Shown one piece after another: positions 1 to 12,210 of a stretch of 64,000 nucleotides of DNA (its first letter is position 1; each line of letters begins with the position of its first letter). A program made the translations under genes and the position numbers. The DNA comes from Dudresnaya verticillata (taxonomy: Eukaryota). Location of the stretch: positions 1,736,001-1,800,000 of the forward strand of contig OZ374559.1 of the NCBI GenBank assembly GCA_977862235.1, given 5' to 3'. The notes under the pieces were generated by a model. That model worked only from the letters and a program-made list of their open reading frames with translations, had not been told where the DNA came from and ran no database searches.

Positions 1-120
1 AGAAAAATGGAGATCTTGAATAGTATTGTGACGACGAGTTGACCCTTGGGCACAGGGACATTTCGAAGCATGATACCTCAAACGGGTAGTGACTGTCCTT
101 CTTCAGTAAGAAGCGCTCGC
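1..120 (-). pseudogene. CRE/RLE-type non-LTR retrotransposon fragment (zinc-finger region), cut by the window edge
   Basis: Minus strand reads YHASKCPCAQGSTRRHNTIQD, matching YHASTCPCAHGSTRRHNSIRD in the intact ORF2 at 58193-61081. Confidence 0.8.
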
Positions 121-3100
121 CGTTAACCAGCGTAAGCTTCTTGACCGCCGAGTTATAAATACTACCTGTTAAGCCAAGGGGCTTCTTGTGAATCTTCCAA
201 GTAATGGAAGGCTGCTGCTAGTCAGTGTAGCTGGTATCGCGTTTCCATGTTAGACGGAGCAAGTTTTCTCGTGTCGCCCTAGATAGTGCGGTTTGATGTT
301 CTGCTTATGGCGAAACAGAATAGAATGAAACCTGAGAAGTGTTGGACACGAGCGCCAAACAATATGGTTTGCTATTAATTGCTTTCAGGAAAATAAGTAC
401 AGCTGCACCAAGAAAGTGCTGCAAATATGTGCTTTGTATGTGTTCACGACACACTGCTTCGCACGATCTGCAAAACGCTTGCAGAGTGTTGGAGTACAGC
501 AAGAACATGAAGCATACTCGCAGGGTACAACAGTTGACAGCCTTGCACACAAGCCGGCATCACCCATCAGCAAGTTGTCTTCTGGGCACAGGGGGAGGCC
601 TCTTAGTGTGCAACTGGGAATTGTGCAACAGGACGCTCAGAAGCGTGAGTGCTTTCTGAGTGTTATGTGAAACTGTGTTCCGAGAGGAGTCACAGTCTTT
701 GATGACGCCTTGTACAGGAAAATAAAACTATCTCGACTGAACCGCCTGTTTCATCAGCCTATACGGAGATTGCACATGGTGGGCTACATTCACATATATT
801 TTCATTCATATGCTTCATAACTTGAGACGCTGGAGTCAGATCCTATGAAGGGCGGACCGTTGGGTACTCTTTGACGCATAAGCCCATTGTAAGCCTCTTT
901 TACATTCTGCGTTTGTTTGAATAAAATGCTTCTCTGATAATATCTGTGTGGTCGGAATATTTCAACGTCTGGGATAGGTCAGGTCTACAGCTTGTTTGAG
1001 TTAAGGCTGAGTGATTGATGATTACAATCGATATCCAGGGTTTAATCCTTTGTTTTCATGCCTCAATACTGACGCTTGCAGACAATAAACAAACATTGTT
1101 TGTTACTAGATTTGTGTAATAGAGCAGAAGCATTGTTATGTACGCGACTGCCTCCAACGTTTTCTAGAGCATAAAACACCTTTCTGCCTCTTCTATGTAC
1201 AAAAAATGAATCGAGTTGGATTGAAGATTACTGTATGTCAACTATAGAATTGCATAACGCAGTATGGAACACTAAGTACAACACAGAACGATACTTGTAC
1301 GTAATACGTTGAAAAAGATAGCTCAGATGCACAATTCCCTATACTACAACCCAGTTGCTGCATCAATGCTACAACAATTGTCCGATGTTATGAGTGTGAA
1401 CCCTCTCGCAATACTGTTGAAGTCTGCCTGCAGATACGTTCTGGACCCAAAATTTGAATAATGGTGCTTTTCCAATTGTAGACACTAGCGCATGTCTAAT
1501 TGCCGGGGTTGGTGTAGTTCTAGTTGTAGGGGCAGTAGGTTGCCGAGAATACCAGTAAGTTAGAAGATAGCATAAAGAGCAAGCTCAGAATACTTACTGG
1601 GAATAGCCTAGGTAAGCAACGCAACAAGTTGAACACATAGCTCCCGTACACCTTTCAACAAATTATGTACAGTATGGGACGCTAATAACACCGTCGATAT
1701 TGAAAGAGGGTCTCCTGTTCAAGGCTGCAACCTCGCAACCTATTTCGGAAAACAGTAAGCAGTCTGCTTAAGCCTCAATAGTTTCGGGACATCATCGTAA
1801 GCAGTCTCTACTGTATGAAAGGAAGGTCCAACGATCTGTGTCATTACAAGCATCAACTATCACCATTCGTAGACTGAAAGGCGATTTGAATCGAATAGGA
1901 GGTGTCCAAAAATGAGAACATGCACGGGCCATCGACCTCGAGCCGCGCACAAGGTCATCCGTCAATACGATCAGACGAGGGTGTGCTTGCTCGTAGACGT
2001 CGGATGTCAACGTAGTCGTACTTCAAGATCTCGAATAAGTTCCATCGTCAGGTCAACATTGCTTTGCCAAATACCAGCTCATGTTTCGTGGGTCGGCAGG
2101 GCTTTACTGCGTTGGACCCTTCGGATCCCCTTCGGACGGTTTGCAGATTTCAAAACTCGAAGACCAGTGTAGGATAATCCCGCTTTCAGGAGCATACGCC
2201 AGAACTCATAACATTGCGTGCGGGCCCCATTATGTCCATGTGGAAGGTTAATGTTCATCCAACGACTTTTCTATCCGCAAAAGAAGTGGCAGAGATCTGG
2301 TTGTCTTCTGGAAGAAATGAAGATCGAAGAAGAATCGAACCCCGGTTCCAGTTGGGATACAACAAGTAAAGTACTTTTTATCACGGCAGCAGTCATTAAT
2401 AGAAGGCCACAACGGAGCGCGGTATGCAACCAACCATTTATACTTCACTGCGGACGAAAAAATGAAGTATAAATGGACAGCAGGGCTGAGCTGCCGGCAC
2501 CGCTGGCATAGCCCTAATTATTTGAACATGTGTATAGAGTTTTGATTACGGATCCGGTTACATACAGAGGGAAGAATTCATTCAATCCATGCATTTTTCG
2601 TCAAAGGTAGCAGCGGTATATAGCCTGTGGTTGCAACAGTAAAGGATTGTGCAATGGTCTGTATATAATATACCTAGTGCTCGATAAATAAAGATGCATC
2701 TGAGCCATCGTGATGGTAAAGTTGCAGTTGCATCCAGCAGACTATGACACGCTTCTTGCAGAGATCAGCACTCCAGAATGGTTTCCGAATACATTTGGGG
2801 TTTTCGATTATATATATAATAATCATAGGATAAAGGTGTATTACATCGGTCCGACGTTTTATAGATTTTTGGTATTGTGATTTAACAGTTTCTTGGGATC
2901 AATGACTTTACAGAGCCGCCATGTGAGAACCATATGTATTGATTGCTATTGCTACATCGAGCTTCTCTCAGGATATAGTACGACTATTTTCAAGGAGAGA
3001 AAGGCAGATTCAGGTGTTCCATTCTTAGTAAATCACAAAGAAGAATGTTTCCTTCGAACAGTAAAATAGGAATTTAGTAGGAACGGAAAGATCTTTACGA

Positions 3101-3287
3101 ACATTCTAAACGAGTAGGTTACTCTGCGGCTTTGAACTATAAAATCTGTATAACTTTTAGTTGCTCAAACAAACAACAGCACCCCCTATGCTAGGTGGAA
3201 TGGCAGATAAAACTAGTTGCAGCTTTTCGGCGGTTGATATGAGGAATAAAGCGCAACACTCACAGCAGTACAATAATATAATCCCTC

Positions 3288-3337
3288 GGACAACTCGGAT
3301 GCATATGTGTATGGACAACTCGGATGCATATGTGTAT
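3288..3337 (+). repeat. 25-bp tandem duplication
   Basis: ggacaactcggatgcatatgtgtat x2; a diverged version is at about 32169-32218. Confidence 0.85.
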
Positions 3338-4958
3338 GAGCCTCTATGGGGACCATTTTCGCTTTCGCCAGAGGCAGAGCAGCGATAATTTGCATCTCTG
3401 GACTGTCATAGCAGTTCCTTCTGTTGCACGCAAAGCCAATATCAGAAGGGGCGGTGCGGAGATGCCTACTATCGATTTACCTGGACAAGATGCATGGTGG
3501 TACACTATACAACGCAACAACACTCTACTTGCTCTTTCTCGCCTGCTTGATATGAAGCCCAGATGGTATCGACAACAAGGTTTCAACGACAGGAAAGGGA
3601 AACGACTTTCAATGTTTGTCCTCACAAGGTGTCAGGGAGTGGCGCGGTCTTTGTTAGAAAGATGCTTTTACCTTAATCAACAGGCATTGTTCAGATATTT
3701 CGTGACGCTACGCTCTCCTTCTACACAGAAAAGAGAGCGACACGCTAGCTTTAGTACTTCTCCACAAGCTAGGCTCTACACTACCCTTCTATCCAGCAAT
3801 GCTCTTGCATATCGAACACCTATGGATACCGCAGTAGTGCACACAGGATGCACGTGCATCCGCGAAAGAGTTAATCGCGTAGGCACATACGCACAACCAG
3901 TATTTCGTTGTTATTCGGACAAGCAGTCCGTGCTTTACACAAAAGTGTGCCTAGGGTTGAGGGTTCGATAACTTGGGCTTTCTGAATCGTGAGACGTAGT
4001 GAGATATCTTCGTGCAACGTGAAACGCTAGGGTTCTGTTTTACGTGGTTCCAAGCGCTCAACCGTAGATAAATATCATGTGTGTGGATAAACGATTATAG
4101 TGGAGCAGATAAACGATTATAGTGGAGCAGAGACCGAAGGTGCACTGCTGTAGTGAGCACACCAAACCTGCTGAATATCGCTCAGCATGTACAACATAGC
4201 GATTACAACGGTCAAAAGCAAGTCCATATGCTGGAGGCACGTGCTGTTCAAGCGTCAGATCAGATGGTTTGCGAGTAGCGAGCTACAAATGGATAAGGAG
4301 ACGATGCTGTCCCTACTTTATTGCGACAGCGAGAACGGAAGGCAGCAATGCTCAACCCGGCAGCACCGAATTCCATTGGCTGCCAGAAAGTGCAACAGAC
4401 ATTAGCATTGCTGCCTCTGGTTCCGCCTCTGCTCGCACCTCGGCGAATTCATTCTTATACCGAGGAATCACTGTATGCTTATTCTTCTCTAATACCGCAC
4501 TTCTATCGCTGCATCGCTGCCTAGGGTTTATTGCAGCCGCTCGCTTAACGACTGTGGGCAACAATTCACCTTCTTTTCAACTCTGTGCTGTGGCAAGCGG
4601 TAGCCGTCGCGATCTATTTCCCTCGCTTGTGGTTGGACCCTCTTGAGGATGCCCTCGTAATTCAGTACTCTGCAGTCTTGAAAAAAGCTTCCAAGTGACC
4701 ATGCAACTCAGCTTACATCTACTCATACAAATTGATATCTCTCCTATAGGATGGACATACCAATAACACTACTGTTTGTGGACACTATTACAAAGCTGTG
4801 GAGATATGGATAAGTTGTGGGTGGTGCGATGCGAGCCGTAGCAGATAAGCGGAGCAAACGTTTGTGCACATTCCACTTCTTGCGCTAAAGCGCGCAAGTT
4901 GCCCCGTCACGCATCATTTCGCAGTTGATCGAGCCGACAAGAGCAACTTCAATGCGTG

Positions 4959-4966
4959 TATAAAAG
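4959..4966 (+). promoter_or_regulatory. Putative TATA box of the secreted-protein gene
   Basis: TATAAAAG about 120 nt upstream of ATG 5083, followed by an A/C-rich leader. Confidence 0.55.
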
Positions 4967-5082
4967 CTCTAATTGCTTCACCTCATTGCCATTCTCAAAA
5001 AGCAAACCCAAACAACTCAAGCAACCGAACATCAAAAGCATATCGACCGCATCCGATCAGCGATCAACACGTAACTACAGCT

Positions 5083-5613
5083 ATGAAGTCCTTCAAAATC
5101 GCCCTTGCCCTCTCCGCAGCAATCCTATTCTGCGCCACTCTAGCTCACTGCGAAAAACCTGAGCTGAACGACGAGGACGTTCTGGAGGCCGGTGTCGACC
5201 TCAAGGGAGATGTCAAAGAAAATAAGGAGACAGACATAGTTCTGGACCACGGATCCAAGATGGGCAAACTGGATACTTCGGAGAAGATTCCAGGCAGTCC
5301 CTACAGAGGTGCCTTCATCCTGTGCGAGGGTAGTACTCCTGTTTCCACCATCAGGGCCGTCCGCACCCGCTCTGTTCAGATCCTTGCAGGCTACCGTGGA
5401 TCTTGCAGTACCAGGACTGTGGTTGGGAGTGGCAAGTTTAACCACGCCGCTCTGTGGAGAGGAGGCTTCACCGGAATTGACTATTACTACGAGCGACTTA
5501 TCACATGTAGTTCGGGGCAGGCTTGTTTGTACAGCCGGACCTCTAAGAGCACGAGAACGATCTTCTGCTGTACCAGGACCTATGAAGCCCACGTTGTGAC
5601 GTTTGGCATCTAA
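5083..5613 (+). CDS. Secreted Cys-rich protein, 176 aa (signal peptide, acidic pro-region, basic 6-Cys domain)
   Basis: ATG at 5083 inside track ORF 4864-5613; MKSFKIALALSAAILFCATLAHC is a typical signal peptide; D/E-rich segment follows, then an R/T/G/C-rich domain. Confidence 0.8.
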   Translation: MKSFKIALALSAAILFCATLAHCEKPELNDEDVLEAGVDLKGDVKENKETDIVLDHGSKMGKLDTSEKIPGSPYRGAFILCEGSTPVSTIRAVRTRSVQILAGYRGSCSTRTVVGSGKFNHAALWRGGFTGIDYYYERLITCSSGQACLYSRTSKSTRTIFCCTRTYEAHVVTFGI

Positions 5614-6844
5614 GCGTTTCTGACGGCTTTTCTGGGTCACTTGGTACGCGAACTAGCCATTAATCGCATTCATGCATACTTATCGGAATTCGTATAGGGT
5701 ATCATCTCGTTTTTGTCTGAATATGGAGCCCCACACTATAGCCATTCATATCTACTGCAGCATTGGCACAGGCTTCCAGATTGTCGTCCAAATATTTACG
5801 GACTTCTTCACTCTTCTGAAGGACACCTCCCCTGTCATTGAGAAAGCATCTATCCTCAGCTGGCTTGCAACTTTAGTTGCTCAGCCCATCGCTGTCGGAA
5901 ATTAATCGCCGACAACTTGCAAGTTTTGCTGCTAATCCTAGATAGCTACTCCTTGCTTTATTGAGTAAAGGTCTATCTCTCTTCTTAAACATGGTTTTTG
6001 TGCGAGGCGATACAACAAAGCTGCAGTTTCGTTTGATCTGCAACTGACTTTTTCTAAAAATCCTGCGCGCAACATAATCCTGGCTTTGAAGAAAGCGACA
6101 CCCCGTAGCGCAATCTTTGTCGGGACTAATGACCATGTCGTCTTCACTCAATCAAAACTTTTTGCTGTACCTTAAGTGAAAGCTCCAGCATAGTGTTTAG
6201 GCAATTGCAGACGAACTTACTTGCAGCAGTATACTTCTACTAGTCGGGCACAGTTGTCAAAGGATTCTTATTCTTCGATTTGTTGTAAACAGTTACATGC
6301 TAATGATAATAGTTTACGGTTATTTTCTGGCCGGAAGCGGTGCTGATGCTACTATTCGAACACTCGGACTGGCATGTTATGTTGTTGACGTTCTACCGTA
6401 GAGCGCGGCCAAAACGGGCGTTTTGGAGGGTTTTCGCGAACGAGGGTTGGCTGTGTTAACAGCAGGCAGTTTGGCAACGGAAAGGCGAGGTTTATCCACC
6501 ACCATTGCCTTCACCTGGAACCGCCACCTTACATTCAAATAATCCGCCTCCAAGAGCCGCGGCTCCAATGGGTAGTGGTGTTGGGCAAAACTTGCCACTC
6601 CCTCACCAGACTGCATTTGAGGTGTCGGTCAGCAGCCTCCACTCTCTGTCCAGCTCTACACCTCACGTCTCTGAGCAGACTGTTTCTGCGCGCGAACAGC
6701 GCATGAAACTTCGCTCTCGTGATCTCCATAGTGCCAACTGCACCGCATCGATTTACACGAATGGTCATGGATTTCTACGGTTACATAGCCGTTTTATACG
6801 ACCTTTATGCATAGGAAAGACTACAGCCCCGTAAGGGGGCTTAT

Positions 6845-7600
6845 CTAAAACTCATCTGAAAGGCGACGGTCGAAGAGTAAACGGCGGTTAACAGCCACCG
6901 CGACAGATTGAAGTACAAGAGAGGTGAGGTGGGTGAGAAGAGATAGTTTCTCAGATATCGGCGAAGTACCCTTCATAGCAGCTAGGAAATTCGCCACGCG
7001 CTGAGCGCCTCGATCGAACCCAGAACCAATGGCACCATAGATGTCCATAACCATAGGATGGAGATCTATCCGATTGGTAGAACATAAGCGACGATAATAA
7101 CGGGCTTTAGCTTGCTCGCGGCGGTGAATAGCTTGATGTTGAGAGCGAGGCGTTTTGGACAGTGTAGTTGGATGGTGTGGGGTCACCACGGAGACGTCAA
7201 ATGCTTGCGGGAGGGGGGCAAACGCAGGGTCATCAACATAGAGATCCATACGAAGATGGTCACGTCGGTCTTCTTCGAAACGGTCTTCAGTACGTTGTAA
7301 TTGATGGGCATCGCGACGACTTTCTGAAGCAGTGCGTGCAGAAGACGCCACAACTCGGGAATCCACAGTCTCCTCTAGGTAGGAAAAGTTGCGTTCAAGC
7401 TGAACAGTAACGCCATGGTTCCGAGCAGTATTACGAAAGAAAGCCCCAAGTTGATTTCGGAGGGTATCATGGCGGCGAATACTGCCAGTTCCTGATCGAC
7501 AGATTGTGGCATGGTGTCCAAAGATATCAAGGAGTGGAACTTCAGCGGATGTGCCATGGAGACAAGCAGGACAAGGGCGATCACCACGTAGACAAAGGTC
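6845..7600 (-). pseudogene. CRE/RLE-type LINE 3' fragment (zinc finger plus restriction-like endonuclease)
   Basis: Frame reads CPACLHG...DIFGHHATICRSG..IRRHDTLRN...LRMDLYVDD..AFDVSVV...EQAKARYY...PMVMDIYGAIG; stop at 6845-6847. Confidence 0.85.
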
Positions 7601-7699
7601 TGCAGAATTTCGGCGACTTCTCGAGGAAGTTCCTCTTTACTGAAAAACGTTTCCTTCTCACGAGTTTGGTTTCTTTCGTGAATCAGTGTGTTCCAGTTC

Positions 7700-8200
7700 G
7701 TGTTAAGCGTCGCCGACTTTCCAGTGTCTTAGTCTACCCCCTGTGGACTTTGGTTGTGTCTCGAGAGAGTAAAGCGATGCTTACCCCTTCCGCCTCCATT
7801 ACAGTTGAGATAGGCGTTACAGCGTTCCGTACGACATGCCCACCGATGCAGCCCAATTCGTGTACAACTCCTTCGCCCACCCGGTCTACGAGCACTGTAT
7901 TGCCCTCGTACCTCTGGAGCCCCCCAATCGTCACGGCGATCGACTGACTGGATTCCCACTTCTTCCGCATTGTTCAGATTCCTTCCCCCGCTGCTCAGAC
8001 AAGCGGCAATACAAACCAAGTGGACCACTACCCTCTCTGCGCTCGCCAGAAGCCATCTATCTTCCATCAGCGTGGCATGCCAAGGAAACTATACGTGCCC
8101 TGCCGAGTCTTCCAGAGATGGAACAAACCCTAACACCCAGGGTGTATCCTATCATCCAGGCGCGAATCCTAGTCGAATGTAATCGGCATTGCGTTATGTG
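7700..8200 (+). pseudogene. Degraded LINE RT C-terminal remnant (tentative)
   Basis: YNSFAHPVYEHCIALVPL..IVTAID*LDSHFFRIV resembles a non-LTR RT thumb region and CVALAPLTRDLTQDLDKADAQFFRLC near 54980. Confidence 0.35.
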
Positions 8201-8249
8201 TGCAAAAGCAATCCACTTATTCAAGTACTGCACTGTACTTACTGTCCAT

Positions 8250-9700
8250 AGTAAAAGAGAGATGGGGACCTTTATGGTAGGGTTGGAAGGGCGCTAAGTC
8301 GCCCCGTCTACGCAAGGACCTACCTGAAGGGCAAGACGACGGCGATTGATCGCCAGCGCCTGAAATCGGAGAAGATGAGATACAATGCGATTCGTGAGTG
8401 CTGGCGTTTCGTCCGAAGGGTTACTCCCTCTCTGTTCGGACGTAAAGCGGCCAATGGCACGTAACGCCTGACGAGCCTCAGTGCCAATAGCGCCGTAGGA
8501 GTCAATACCAACAGCATAGAAATCCATTCCCTCGCTGTCGAGTAGATCTTGGTAATGCGCTCTTTTGGGCCTTTCAGCGAGCGTTGCCGCTGCCCCGCCC
8601 AAGCGAGAGGCGGCAGTGCAGTAATTGGCAGCAAACGGGGCTGCCACCGTAACGTCAAAGGCCTGAGGGCGGGGGTTAAAGGCAGATATAGGAACCACCA
8701 CGTCCATACGGCGACGAGAAGTAGGGGGCAGATGACGTTCGGCGAGAAACGAGTATTCGACATAGATAGGGCGTAGGCCCAACTGGCGGAATTCGTTCGC
8801 TAGAACATCGCGTAAGGTGTTATGACGCCGGATAGCACCTTCGCGCCTAGCGCAGATGATGGCATGTTTCCCGAGAGGATCAAGTAGAGGAGCTTGCGTC
8901 ACGCCCCGCGTGAGTACACAGTGGGGACAACGAGTAGTGCCGGTAAAAACCGGGTTACCCAAGCGGATATCACACGCGGTAATCTATTCCTCCGGGGTGA
9001 AGCGAGTACCGCGATAGGTATTCGGGAGGGCAGTAAAAGGTGCACTAGCTGCAGCCGTGCTGCAGGACAGTAGACGAGCCATGTACGATTTTTGCACTGT
9101 TGAAGAATGCGAGGAAAGCGATGGAGAGCGGAGTACAGCTGCACGGGCAGCCATAATACTATCCGTAATGGACATTTGAATGCCAGGAACCGAACCATTG
9201 CGTTGAGTAGCTTTCCGAAATAGAGCTTCCGGGGTGAGAGGCAAGGGGAGAAGAGAAAGGTTTTGTAGAGGAAGCAGTGCTTCTGTAATGGCTCTATCGA
9301 TCGGGCAGATTCGAGCAGAAGCAAATTGTCCGAGGCTGTTGGTGAGGAGACGAACCGCTGAGCGGACTTGAAGCAGCGAGCCCGCATAAGCAGCATGGGA
9401 AACATCAGACGCAGAGGTTATTCCAAGACCCCCAAAACGAACAGGAAGCGTAGCGAGGCACCAGGCGGAGTCGGTCAGGGGACGGTGTGTCTCTTCATAC
9501 ATGCCTCGCTGCCTCCGGTCGAACGCGTCGACTTCAGCGCGGGTTAAGTGCGGCGGCACAGTACGAAGGAGAAACAGTAGCTTACTAACGCCATAACAAA
9601 CACGGATAGTGTGTAATGATATTTGGGGATCACATAGTGTAGTGAATCGATCACGAAGCAATTCATGCGTAGATTCGAGCTTATAGTAAAATGCAGCTCG
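8250..9700 (-). pseudogene. 5'-truncated CRE/RLE-type LINE (post-RT region, zinc finger, endonuclease)
   Basis: ORFs 8984-9766 and 8294-8962 share a frame split by one TAG; motifs LCDPQISLH, LPVRFGGLG, CPHC..H..C, RRMDVV, AFDVTV are collinear with ORF2 58193-61081. Confidence 0.9.
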
Positions 9701-9921
9701 AACCCGAACGATCCGTTGTAAGGCTCGTACCTTGATGAGCCCGGCGAGGGAAATGGAGGTGCGCAACTCGGGCGGTTGAGTCGTCTATTTTCGGTCTAAA
9801 AGGGGTTCCAATGGTCTCGAACTCGGGCTGGAATTGCCTGATCTGGACTGCACCAACCTGGTCGTATAAAAAGCAGCATTGCACATGGAGGGTACAACTG
9901 TGTGAGAGCGCACGCAGTAGA

Positions 9922-9993
9922 TCCTCTATGGTCTAGTGGTTAGGATTTCCGACTCTCACTCGGGAGGCCGGGGTTCAATTCCCCGTGGAGGAA
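9922..9993 (+). tRNA. tRNA-Glu(CTC)
   Basis: 72-nt cloverleaf: acceptor TCCTCTA/TGGAGGA, anticodon arm TCCGA-CTCTCAC-TCGGG, T arm CGGGG-TTCAATT-CCCCG; T5 terminator 9999-10003; upstream TATAAAA near 9865. Confidence 0.95.
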
Positions 9994-11137
9994 TATTGTT
10001 TTTGTCTTTTCTTGCTTTGGTGCGTTCCTCCCCTCTTTTCTTTTGCTGTGCTTAACATCATTTCAGTGCATAAGAGCACAGTGGGTTGGCACTGGGCGGA
10101 ACATGGTTTCGTGCAGATACGATTTGAGCAAACCGTCAACGTTTTCAGAGATTTCCTCTTCAAGCAATGTACTCAATCAAATGACCAGCTCTAAGCATAG
10201 CAGGTCTCTTCCTTGAAGAGTCTTCCAATTGATCTGCAATCATGGAATGCTATACACGTAAGAGAAAACCTGATTCCAGTGCAGAGATTGAAGGTTCAAG
10301 TCAAGTTGCGTGCGAATGAAACTCCCTTCCTGCGTTGGTGCAAGAGGTCTGCGCAAGGCATTATGCTCAACTAGGGGAACAATCAGCTTTCTGAAATATC
10401 AAACGGGGCAAAATAAGTCCCTTCAACTAGCAACTTCAGCGAAATCAAAAGAGTTATTGCATCACGTCTTGAACATGCCTTCAAAGCCGGTGGTAGCCGT
10501 TATTTTTGTACAGTATGGGAGCTCTGATGCACTAACCCCTCGGCGCAGCCCTAAGCTTAAACCGAACAACCTTAAGTTGGAAGAGTAATGAGCTCGTGTA
10601 ACCACCGACAAAGCCACGTCTTGAATGTACACTCGAGAAGCCAGTTTCTTGACTCTGAACATTTCTCTATCAGTCGAGGCTTCTCAAGGTACAAATACCT
10701 ATTCAAATGAATTTATAAAAAGTCCCCCCTCTCCGTGGTGCACAGTCCCATCAAGCTGCCTCCCAGAAATGCCCATGCACTGAAACACGTTTGAACTAAA
10801 GAGAGCTTTCAAAGCCCACAATCAGAGTTTACGTTTTTTGTTCGACTGCAACAAGCCATAGTTTTGTAACGCCCGCCTTCCACCTCATCGCGGTACAGTC
10901 ATAGAAATTCTCCCTCTACGACAGCTTTCTCTCCATGCACACACACACACGCACACACAATTTCTGTTGACTGCCTTCTTTTAGTAGCCTTGAAATAGAG
11001 CATGTACTTAAATTGGTAATCTTCATCCCTGATACCACGAACACCAGAGTGCGACGCCTGGTTACCGACCCTACCGATTCTGATAGTTTTGTTCACTATC
11101 AGGTCTAGCTTTCCATCAACGGCAGCTCCATCCTCCC

Positions 11138-12210
11138 ATGGCAATCAATATGTGTTCAGAAGACTCCTCTCCTGCCGAGCGGGGCAACATACCAACTCGC
11201 ACCACGCCCTGGCGCAATATCATGAGGGGCTCTCTCAGTTCACTTTCGAACACACTTTCATCTCTTGTCGCGATTGCAAATAATATCATCTCAGATCCAG
11301 CTCCCATCCGGGAGACAACTTCTGGTGTTATCACGTCACCACAGCCTGCGGTCGTCAATGATTCACAATCAAGCAGGATGTGTGCTTCAGGGGCAGGAAC
11401 ATTGAACCGTATAGAACTACTCCCTTGCAACCAGTCCATCGCCATCCTACACCGACGAGAATTCGATTTCCCGGGCTTTCGAAACAAGAGAAAGCTTCCA
11501 TCGACCGAGCATGTATCTCGCCCCCCGAATGATACCCCAAGATACAATGAAAACAATACTAGTCCAGCAGGGTCAGGCCTGCCTCCGCTTGTACCGCCTT
11601 CTTGCCGTCCCGGCTTTTCTCGTCGATATGGTTTGAAAATGTCCAAGGAAAAAAGAAGGGACCTTTCAAACATGAATCTTGGAAGGCATATCCCGTCTTT
11701 GACAGAGCTTCTCTCGAGCCCGGCGTCAGCTCATGGTGTGGTTACACGATATGGGAACAAACGAGCACGTCTACAGACAGCAAAGAGGGACGGTCCTTCG
11801 GATGTACTCGACAGCAATTGAGAAGGATGCGACGGAGAAGTGATCCACCCCTCCCCGAATCGACCTTGAGAATCCTGCTCAGAATGCGACTGAGAGAGGA
11901 AAATCTCTCAAGTCGTTGGCGAATTGAAAAAAGGAGGGCTGCTAGGAACACTCGGGAATCAAAATCGGGGCTGGCTTTGATACCCCCGTCTTTGGTACGA
12001 AAGAGATTAGCTGTCCATGAAATGAACAGCGCGATTAATGGTGTTAAGAGGTTATCGATCAGCACACCGGGAGAGGGAATCAGCCGAGGGGCGGAAATAG
12101 AAAGAACAGCACACAATCTTTTCTGTGAATTTCCCTCTCGAGGGATAAAACGTCGCCATTCTCATATTCCAGAGAGTTTGCCGCTATTGAAGCGACGGAG
12201 ACTTCGATAA
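11138..12210 (+). pseudogene. Unknown basic 'X' protein split over two frames (frameshifted or spliced)
   Basis: ORFs 11138-11821 and 11602-12210 together align by eye to minus ORF 61654-62520 (RREF, PPSL, LSI, FPxRGxKRR, LKRxR). Confidence 0.55.

Noticed and set aside
3324..3971. 215-aa ORF as a host gene
   Set aside because: No recognisable motif; the copy-B counterpart is interrupted by YR element 1 and ends differently.
4864..5082. N-terminal extension of the 249-aa ORF
   Set aside because: It starts at GTG and spans the TATA box; the signal peptide begins at ATG 5083.
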